Shown here piece after piece: positions 39,201 through 47,600 of a stretch of DNA of 64,000 nt (positions within the stretch are counted from its first letter, which is position 1; each line of letters starts with the position of its first letter). Source of the DNA: Barthelona sp. PAP020 (Eukaryota); contig JARQWU010000022.1 in assembly GCA_040182905.1 (NCBI GenBank), positions 1-64,000 of the forward strand, in the 5' to 3' direction. Position numbers and translations under genes: made by a program. The notes below the pieces were generated by a model, which worked only from the letters and a program-made list of their open reading frames with translations, made no database searches and had not been told where the DNA came from.

Positions 39201-41688
39201 TAATAACTAAACCAATATCAGTATTCATATCCAATGCTGTAATACCACCATGTAATCCATCATGTGGTCTGAAAATGGAATAACTTGTTGGAGAAATCAA
39301 AGACACAATATCAAGAATACCATCCGCACCTGCAAAGGCAGCCAATTTACCCTGATGATCTATTTTGATGATTCCAGAGGGAGACTGCATTTGAGCAAGG
39401 GTTTTTTCAGATTGAGAAATAGCTTGGTGTTTTCCTAATTGTGCTATCTTGTACAAGCCAATAGAACTATCAGCAGCTGATGCCAATAATCTTGGATCAT
39501 CACCAAAAACAAAATTGATGGCTGCAGATGGATATTTGACTGAATTTGATTGGGGATGAGTAACTATGGTAGTGAAAGGCAATTGAGGATGTGAAATGAT
39601 TTTTGGTTTGCATTCTAATAAATAATTGTGATTTTTGGAAGGTTCAATGTATTTTGCTTCGGGACAATCTATCTGGAAAACATCCCCATTTTCAAAATTA
39701 ATGAACAAAGCGGTTTCGTTTTTGAAAGTGAATGCTAAATTTAACACATTGTATTGTTTAAACTCATGATAAGCTGTTAACGAATGCACAAATGGCGTTT
39801 GCTCAAAATCTAAAGCAACAAAGTATACACGTTTATCATCCGCAGCAATAGCCAATATATCTTTCATTGGACTCAACTTAATGTCATTAATTCGACTATG
39901 TGTAAATTTCCACATAGCCACCAATTCAATGTCAAAACTTTCGGTGATAGTGATCATAAAAACATCACCATTAGCGCGGCCAATGACAAAAACATCATTA
40001 TCAATTTTTTGGAACACTGTAATTAATGTTTTGGCCTTAGGTAAAAGCTCTAACAAATCTGTATGATATTCAATCTTGTTTATTTCATCTTGAGGTAAAA
40101 CAAAAACTGAAACAAACCCATCACTTAGTTGTCCACTCGTTAATTTCACAACCACAAGTGATCCATCAAGTAATGCAACCAAACAATGTCCATCTGAAAG
40201 GAAATTCAATCCAACAACTGGAACACCATGTAAAAATGGCATGCTAAGATAAGGTTCCAAAGCCAACATCACTTCATCTTCATTGGTTCTTAAGGTTTCA
40301 ACTTGAACATCCATAGGAATTTCTGGCTTTTCTCCAGTAACTATTTGAGTATTTAAAACAAAGAATTGTCCATCTGTGGTGCAAATAAGAACTTTTGTTG
40401 AAAATTGAAATGGATGAAATGAATGAATAGTTGAATCATTGGTATTCATAAATTTGATAATCTGAAACGTTTCAGATGAAACAAAAGCCAAAGAACCTTT
40501 GGAATATCCCAACATAATATGACCCGCAATGAAATGTGCAGAAGTAATAACATTTTCTTCAATGGCCAAAGATTTATCAAATTCTTCATCCCCAGATTGA
40601 TGCTCACTGACAAAAGCCTCAGGTGAAACCGGTAATTCAAATTCTGTTTGTCCAATTCTATCAAACAAGAAATCTTCATGTTTGGGTTGCATTTCAGAAA
40701 GATATTTTGAACGTTGTTCATCAATTGAAATGTCCGTTGGAATCAACGGAGAAAAAGTATCTGGAAGTATCTTGGTTTCAGCATCACACACCTGACCCTT
40801 TTGATTTTGAGCTGTTGCTTTGTTTTTATCACAAACGATTAAAGTGTATTTTGAATCTTTGCTGAAAATTGCAACCCTTTCCCCAGGTAACCACACATGA
40901 GTGGCAATATTAGGAAAAAGATATGGTAAACCAACCGGAGTTTGTGATACAATGTTGTTAATGGCTGTTTGACGAGTTTCTAATGCGGTTTCACCAACCA
41001 TATCAATAATGTTTTCCTTCTTTTCTTCAATTAAAATAGGCTCAATTAACCAAATACCAAAGTCATGTTTAACACGGAAAAGATAAAATCTCCTGCGATC
41101 ATGAACACAAACCAAATCAGTATCCAGTTGAGGTGACCAACTAATACTCTTGGATTGAAAATATGTATCATACCATCTATAAGGACTGGTTCCAATTCCT
41201 CTAATAGTTAGAGGAGGCAAACAATTTGGTAAATGGCTCTTCAAAGGTAAATAGCCAGGTAAATTAGCCTCTACTTCAATAACTCCGTCTTTGGTTGATA
41301 ACAACGATAGAGTGGGTTCCGGTAATCCAGTAATAATGGCCAAAACATTTCCATCTTTGGAAAAATCAATATCAACAATCCCATTGGGAAATAAAGATGC
41401 TTCGATAGTAGAAATAATATCTAAAGAAATGGTGTCGATCAATAAAATCCTCGCATCAGGACCATTCTCAACTATACAAACTAAAGACTTTGAGGTTGAT
41501 CCACATATCAACGATATACCAAAATTAGAACAATACAATTCATGTTCTATTTGAAAATCTAAACTCAATACACATAAAATATTTCCACACACGCAAAACA
41601 ATTTCTCACCAACAATTACAAACTTTGATATATCAATTCCCGATAAACCTTCTAATGATATGTTTTTTGGTGTAGTTTGATCATCCAT
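36214..41688 (-). CDS. CFAP43: Cilia- and flagella-associated protein 43-like (WD40 plus coiled coil)
   Basis: N-terminal WD40-like repeats, long coiled coil, LRLQQGQSEI, and C-terminal LELDRLRKRTFPSF typical of CFAP43. Confidence 0.85.
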   Translation of the reverse strand: MDDQTTPKNISLEGLSGIDISKFVIVGEKLFCVCGNILCVLSLDFQIEHELYCSNFGISLICGSTSKSLVCIVENGPDARILLIDTISLDIISTIEASLFPNGIVDIDFSKDGNVLAIITGLPEPTLSLLSTKDGVIEVEANLPGYLPLKSHLPNCLPPLTIRGIGTSPYRWYDTYFQSKSISWSPQLDTDLVCVHDRRRFYLFRVKHDFGIWLIEPILIEEKKENIIDMVGETALETRQTAINNIVSQTPVGLPYLFPNIATHVWLPGERVAIFSKDSKYTLIVCDKNKATAQNQKGQVCDAETKILPDTFSPLIPTDISIDEQRSKYLSEMQPKHEDFLFDRIGQTEFELPVSPEAFVSEHQSGDEEFDKSLAIEENVITSAHFIAGHIMLGYSKGSLAFVSSETFQIIKFMNTNDSTIHSFHPFQFSTKVLICTTDGQFFVLNTQIVTGEKPEIPMDVQVETLRTNEDEVMLALEPYLSMPFLHGVPVVGLNFLSDGHCLVALLDGSLVVVKLTSGQLSDGFVSVFVLPQDEINKIEYHTDLLELLPKAKTLITVFQKIDNDVFVIGRANGDVFMITITESFDIELVAMWKFTHSRINDIKLSPMKDILAIAADDKRVYFVALDFEQTPFVHSLTAYHEFKQYNVLNLAFTFKNETALFINFENGDVFQIDCPEAKYIEPSKNHNYLLECKPKIISHPQLPFTTIVTHPQSNSVKYPSAAINFVFGDDPRLLASAADSSIGLYKIAQLGKHQAISQSEKTLAQMQSPSGIIKIDHQGKLAAFAGADGILDIVSLISPTSYSIFRPHDGLHGGITALDMNTDIGLVITGGFNGEIMLWSIEELMKEFGVTYSNVAKSDLSSRLLNHSEVVIYKETLFEIALNSKELEQLNIDAAIREETMEKLVELTGRLGDLIIENNELDDEEKLQEFEFVIDLQLERRLIDDEKQQILKLSQDYQVLKNQRKLLRERLVENFIHTLEQKKFALNSIDKKKSVVTHNFALNKMTAIDKKFEERLVNLRKLDLSVKAKILPNEAGNMTQTLFYNDIELTSKFRRYLQARLLKRECRSIIFRFNELFEKMNKEKKSNLEIIETNNGKIIELANELGKDTSELITNTSVNVIPELSFEYYMNVDDAEIKYPKILTEQEKKRISFENEMKARMLNDEKTLRMKNALNEMLDGKKLSNDKMILKELAVPDFYNTVEKAKWNESQIKEAEEYESKLEGIKEQQEKKLKQIEAELRSLVASNASIIENFGNKMFHLGELRNKVYDMINVFELMIITLNLKNYNILILKKNIEQYVQNERLVKILYPDLDHRIEEFHQSLEQANNLRMNLLSQDKTHLRDFKASFEGQFPQALIVYWKSIGKKFKNIKSQLMKEDFVLNPIDKDLVKQISTINSFGVYEPKLSDDFELLCDYFTSLTFEDDMHIMRPDEINEESWEKLRIHRNNKNFTELSIAWSEKLIALRKDTIVELEKIQENIKNISFDLHSQILGIQKQLTMEEQNLSVLLRLQQGQSEISSPARFSEIFTLENDDVVLPNIFGDVETMDTEKLSTLIETLDFDVKETLEMSDRLRDVFRKRATENLNDQVTSKVSKDLFVDLIHENENITLLNRDLMLNLNTKVVLAAHKVYNVLKEIMENRRSVGGYQWLIKKFEMEIEDIQQETKDFQLLRVTRHMQDMLRDDDVERKQKDEIDSIKSRLEHSVATHEKRIIEYKNKCDKYEQKWAKINKNNLKIIEEIEVLNHAVEERRILVPPKVQMEITGRAENELFVRDNEALNKTSGLDMVVKRAKIVQLVKEQTEEIEFLKLELDRLRKRTFPSFG

Positions 41689-41757
41689 TGAAAGAAAAAA
41701 AAATTGAAATTTATTTGTGTTTGGCCATTTCTAATTTTTTTTATCATTCAGAACAAC
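41689..41757. promoter_or_regulatory. 69-bp bidirectional spacer (CFAP43 and katanin p80) with mirrored A-tract and T-tract
   Basis: A-tract next to the minus-strand ATG and T-tract next to the plus-strand ATG. Confidence 0.6.
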
Positions 41758-43557
41758 ATGCAAAGAGTTCATGAATTTATTTGTACATATAGTAAGATAA
41801 CAACAATAACACTGTCACCAAAAACAGGATCATTTTTTGCAACTGGTCATGAAGATGGTAGTATAAGATTATGGGATGAACTTAATCTTGAAAATAGTCA
41901 ACCAGTAAGTGTTTTCACATCAGAATCTTACAAAGATAGCATCTCTTGTGTGTGTTTTTCAGCCAATGAAGAAATATTGTATGTTGGTGATGCTGCTGGT
42001 CACGTAATAGTTTTAGAGTTGGAAGAAAATTGCACAGGGGTTAAGTTTTATCGAGCATTTTTGAATTGGACCAGATTACCTTTCCCAAAAATCACATGTA
42101 TTACGGTTCATCCTGTTGAACCATTTATAATTGCCATTGCTGCACATCGTACAGTTACTTTATTAAGAGCTGATGCCAATAGAAATCAAACGTCTAAATT
42201 ATTTGAGTATACTGAGCATGCTCATCCTGTGAATATTGTGAAATTTGTACCTCATGGAAGATATTTGATCTCCATTGACCTTCAGGGTCGTTTGATTTGT
42301 CTTGATATTTCAAGTGGTAAATATATTACTGCCCAAAATTTGAATAACTATCCTGTGTATGATATTTCTTTTCATCCAATTTACACATTGATGGTTTTAG
42401 CTACAAATAAGTGTGCAACAGTTTTTTCAATGACAGATGACATTTTCAAAGAGGTTGCTGTCACTCAAGATGAAAATTCAGTGATTAATGCGATTGATTT
42501 TGCTTCTGATGGCAATTGTATTGTTACCGTTACTTCTAAAAGTTTAGCTTTATTCAATCAAGAATCAAGAGAAAAAGTTCGATCAGAAAAGGCGTTATGG
42601 CATGGAGATATGAATTGTGTCACTTCGTTTAAAACAAATGAAGATCATACATTAGTCATTGTTTTGTCAGTCTTCGATAAAGTGATTGGGCTTTATCAAT
42701 ATTTTGATGGTGATGATTCTTTAGATGAAACTCTTCCTCTAACTGGTCCTGTTCATATTTCTTCTGGACCAATAACACCTAAAGGTAAGGATGATGTTGG
42801 TTTACCTCGACATTCTCCCAATGTATTTGTTGAAAATAATAAACCAGTGGAACCCAAAAACACATCAATGGAACAAAACATTGATGAAAATTTTACACCC
42901 ATCAGTAGACCGTCAGTGAATGACATTGCATCAGAACCAACAAATACTGTTGTTCATAAAATAAGCTCACACGAACCGGTTGTAGATCCTCATGATTTCA
43001 TTAGCCCGAATTCAAGACCTATGATGTCTTCCATTTCTGAATCCCAAATTCAAAAAGAGTTATTGGAAGATAGTCGAGTTATTTTAGATGTGCTTTCTCA
43101 AAGGTTATCTAACATGAAGACTTTATTGGGATTGTATCAAAGAAATGACATGAAAACAATGTTTTCCACTTTACAAACGTTGGACGTTGGTTCTACAAAT
43201 GATTTCTTTTTAGCTATGTTTTTCCAAGCACGTAGCGCATTAACTTTAAAGATATCTACTCAACTGGCTCATCCAATTATCAAGTTACTCCATAGTCAAC
43301 ATTTAATTCATCAAGAAACTGCTTTGAAAACATTGGATATGATTTTAAGTCATTTTGGTGATCTAATTTCTGCTAACATTGTTTTAAAACCACAACAAAT
43401 TGACATTTCTAAGGAAGATAGATATCGTAAATGTCAAGAAGCTCATTCAATGTTAGTATCTTTATTACAACCCTTAGACAGATTTAAATGTCAAACAAAT
43501 AATCATCAATTAATTGGTACGGTTGTTTCTTTAATTGACAGAATCAATAGATTGTAA
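41758..43557 (+). CDS. KATNB1: Katanin p80 WD40 subunit
   Basis: N-terminal WD40 repeats (ATGHEDGSIRLWD), Pro/Ser linker, con80-like C-terminus (DISKEDRYRKC). First ATG is at 41758. Confidence 0.85.
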   Translation: MQRVHEFICTYSKITTITLSPKTGSFFATGHEDGSIRLWDELNLENSQPVSVFTSESYKDSISCVCFSANEEILYVGDAAGHVIVLELEENCTGVKFYRAFLNWTRLPFPKITCITVHPVEPFIIAIAAHRTVTLLRADANRNQTSKLFEYTEHAHPVNIVKFVPHGRYLISIDLQGRLICLDISSGKYITAQNLNNYPVYDISFHPIYTLMVLATNKCATVFSMTDDIFKEVAVTQDENSVINAIDFASDGNCIVTVTSKSLALFNQESREKVRSEKALWHGDMNCVTSFKTNEDHTLVIVLSVFDKVIGLYQYFDGDDSLDETLPLTGPVHISSGPITPKGKDDVGLPRHSPNVFVENNKPVEPKNTSMEQNIDENFTPISRPSVNDIASEPTNTVVHKISSHEPVVDPHDFISPNSRPMMSSISESQIQKELLEDSRVILDVLSQRLSNMKTLLGLYQRNDMKTMFSTLQTLDVGSTNDFFLAMFFQARSALTLKISTQLAHPIIKLLHSQHLIHQETALKTLDMILSHFGDLISANIVLKPQQIDISKEDRYRKCQEAHSMLVSLLQPLDRFKCQTNNHQLIGTVVSLIDRINRL

Positions 43558-43832
43558 ATTACAAAATATTCAATAGTTTGTTTTTATTTTATTTTGTTGA
43601 GTTTTCCAAAAGGACAAAAGAAAGTTCAAAAAATTAGCTGAGATATCAATCTTTCATATTTTAATTTTTGAGTTTGAATGGGTTCACAAACTATTGTTGC
43701 ATATTAAGAAAAACAATTTTTTACATTTTAAAAATATTGAAAGATGCATGAAAGTAAAAAGAAAGGAGTTTGAAGATAAAATAGTAACTTTTTCATTTTG
43801 TCTTTAAAGTTCTTTTTTTTCGAATAGATAAC

Positions 43833-44498
43833 ATGAATGAAATTAAAAATGAAGCATGGGGTGAAATGAAAAATGCTTTTATTTCTATTGCTGGTATTAT
43901 TGGAGCTGGAAAAACTACTCTTGCAAATGCTCTTGGTGAATGTTTAAATATACCTGTTTATCATGAACCTGTTATTGATAATGAATATTTAAGTGATTTT
44001 TATCAAGATATGGGAAAATATGGTTTTCCTATGCAAATATATTTATTGAACAGAAGATTTCAACAACATCAGGAGATCATTTGGAAGGGACATGGTGGTG
44101 TACAAGATAGAACTATATATGAAGATGCAGTATTTTGTAGAATGTTGATGAAACAAGGGCATATTGATGAAAGAGATTATAAAACATACACTAGTTTGTT
44201 CAAACACATGTCTAACTTTATGTGTAAACCTAATGTAATTGTTTTCTTAGATGTTACTCCTGAAGAATCAATGGATCGCGTAAAACAAAGATCAAGAGAT
44301 TGTGAAACAGGAGTCAGTATTGATTACTTACAAGCACTTTATGATGAATATAAACTTTTTATAAAAGAGATTTCAACATCAATTCCAGTGATTTCTGTTC
44401 GTTGGAACAAGTTTAGAGAAGTCAATGAAGTTGCTGCAGCAATTAAAACAGAATATGAAAGAATTGGTAATATTAGAGAGGCAAGATTTTTAAATTGA
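43833..44498 (+). CDS. Deoxynucleoside kinase (dAK/dGK/dCK family)
   Basis: P-loop IAGIIGAGKTT, EP motif, DRTIYED, lid RVKQRSR. Confidence 0.92.
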   Translation: MNEIKNEAWGEMKNAFISIAGIIGAGKTTLANALGECLNIPVYHEPVIDNEYLSDFYQDMGKYGFPMQIYLLNRRFQQHQEIIWKGHGGVQDRTIYEDAVFCRMLMKQGHIDERDYKTYTSLFKHMSNFMCKPNVIVFLDVTPEESMDRVKQRSRDCETGVSIDYLQALYDEYKLFIKEISTSIPVISVRWNKFREVNEVAAAIKTEYERIGNIREARFLN

Positions 44499-44683
44499 GT
44501 TGAATTGTGTAAATTATCAAACCTTTTTTGTTCCAATTTGGAAGATGTTTGCTTTTTCCGTTGTTTTTTATGATTCTACTTTCATTCAAAAGAAAGTTTT
44601 GATTTAAAATCAAAAAATTATAATTAAATAAAAAAAGAATAATAATAACAAAATTTTATATAAACAAATAAAAGTTCGAAAAC

Positions 44684-47600
44684 TCATTGCAAAAAGACGT
44701 CAGTATCTGGTTCATCTTCATAAAAATTTGACTGGGAAAACCCATCATATTCATTTAATTCTGTAGTTTCGAGAAGGAATGTGCTTTTGTGATTCATATC
44801 CATCCAAAATTGATTATCAGTGTCTTTACGTTTATACCTGAACCTACAATAAACAAAAATACCCACAATAACAACGCAAAAAAAAACACAACCAAAAATC
44901 AAAAGCATTGGAAACCCCTCAGTAACAGAACTGACTAAACAATTTCCTTCCATATACTCAACACCAAATTTACAAAAAAATTGAAAGTTTTGTTGATTAA
45001 ATTGGTGTTTCAAAGAGTAATGAGTGTTTTCATCATTAAATAGCTGTCTATCTGTAACAGATTGAATTCTTATGGTAGTTACATTGTCAGCAGAAAAATA
45101 AAGAAATACTGAAGAAAAATCTGTGAATTTTGCATGCAAAGGATCAAGTAAAATATTAATACAAGTGTCAGATTTCAACAATACAGTATCTTGTTGAAAT
45201 ATACCTTTAGAATCTCCTATACTTTTTTTGACATGTATGTGTATTTGGTTATCTTCTATAAATGAATTACAAATTGAAATAAGCCAAAAATGTTCTAATT
45301 GACCGACAGAATTTTTTAAATCTAAAGAAACCTCAAGACCCACCGCTTCAACACCAACACTATTGGTGGAAAAAACAGTCAAATCTCTTTGTATCACAAA
45401 GACATTCGAAATTGAAGGAGAAACAAAACCTTTAAAATAATTTGTTTGACCTTTCAAACTTTCAACATCAAAAAAACGAAGACTATAAGGAAATGAATCA
45501 ATATGGATATTTGTTGTCTCATCACTCATATCAGTAATTTCCTTAACAATTGAAGTTTGAGTTGGTGTTATTATCTCTTTATAAATAGTAACATTAATTG
45601 GTGTTCCATCATATAATAACCAAATTGTGTTTAACATATCAGAATGTAAAAAAACATAGTGTTGATTTTGTCTTAATTTGAGTAAACAATTTGGAGTTGT
45701 TTTATTGCTTTTTAACACTGTTTGAAGATTCAAAAAGCCCAAAAACTCAACAGGATTCAGTAATTGTTCTTGATCATATTCAAAAGTTACATTTTTAAAG
45801 TCAACAAAAGGAAGGATAATCATTATATCATTTTTCAAATTGTTTAAATAGGTAACTTGAAAAGAGATATTAGCAGGAATAATATAACTGACAGAATCAT
45901 AATGTTTACCCACAAATTCACTGGTTGAATCAACTTTTCGAGAAAGAAAGATCATTTGTGCTTGTTTTAAACAAAGATAAGTCATTTGGGCACTAATATT
46001 ATAAGCTGCACTGAAATTTTCAATCTGGTTTGAATTTTTAACATCTGAATCTGACAAAGAAATAGTTGTTGGGAAAATATGAAAACTAAACGTAGCAAAT
46101 GTTTTACAATTTGCTTCCACAACTATACTTTTCCTTCCAGGATATAAATAAAAAGATGATTCATCCTTTAAAATTGTAATATCTTCATCAAATATAATGG
46201 TACACAAATTTAGTACATTAGTTATGGTCAAATGATAAACTACATTTCTCGAAAGAGGAAGATATTTTGTAATTGAAGTTTGTTCCTGAGTCAAACTGAA
46301 TAAAACATTACTTGATAGACTGAAATCGAAATTCAACAATTCATCAATATTTGGCAAAATAACAAAGCGATAAAAAGAATTTTGAGTGAAATATTGTTGA
46401 TCAATTCTAACAATAATAAAAAAAGCACCTTCTTTCAGTTCAAATAATGGTTTCAAATTGATTTTGGAATATTTTAAACTGCCTGGTAATAGAGCATACA
46501 AATTAACATGACTTATGGTTGGATCTGCATAAAAATGCAATAGAGTATCCATGGTGTCAATTTTAATGAATAAACTGTTTAATAAATATGAATACTTAGC
46601 ATTAAAAGATAAAATACTATCAGAATCCATTTCAAACACTTTATTTTTTGTATCATTTGTTCCTTGACGTGTGTTCAGATTAATATATTCCAATTCAGCA
46701 TTTTGACTAACATAACTGAAAGTGTCATAAGTAAACAAAGAATTTACAGAGGTTTCGTCGGCACAAAATGCAATATTATCTAAATAACATCTTGTAGCTG
46801 ATATGATCTTTCTGCTAAATGGTACAGTCAATTGTCCTGTCAAATCATCTTCTACATACTCAGAATTTCCAGGTTGAACAAAGACTCTTGTTATTATACT
46901 GTCAGATGGTATTTCTATTACTTCATTTGCATACATAACAAAACTAAATTTATTTCCATCCAAACTTTCAAATCTTATCATACCATCCTTAGTAATAAGA
47001 ACAATTTCATCATCTGTACCAAATGATACACTCCAATCATCAACAAACAATGTTACATCAACCATTGTAGATGATATCAAATGGTAATCAAATGTCAAAT
47101 CTAAAGTGAACATCTGTTTGTACGTTCCATCAATATATTTCATCACAATATTGTTATCTTCATCAACAGTTATATCAGTTGTTGAAAAAATTGATAATTC
47201 TGTGAAGAGCCCATCAAATGCATAACAAGAATCGTTGTAGATGAACCCACCAGGACAATAAGTCTTTAAATCAGGTAGAACATAACTACTGTCCAAATCA
47301 TAAAAATGTAACTGAATATTTTTAATGACGCCTTTACTGAACGTAAGACGATACAACCCTTGACTCAACCGAATAGGAAAAACTTGTCTTTTATCCGCAG
47401 ATTTCCCAACCGATTCAAAAACATGTCTAAAACATGAAAATCCATGTGTAGAAACATTTTCGTCGGAGAAACAGCCAACCTGTATCAATTGAAAACTTAC
47501 TAAATAAATATCATTGTCAATAACAATTTCCAAAATCCTTTCAACTTTATTGGACACGTAAATAGAAGTGGGACCGACAGTTGACAAATCAAGCATGGCG

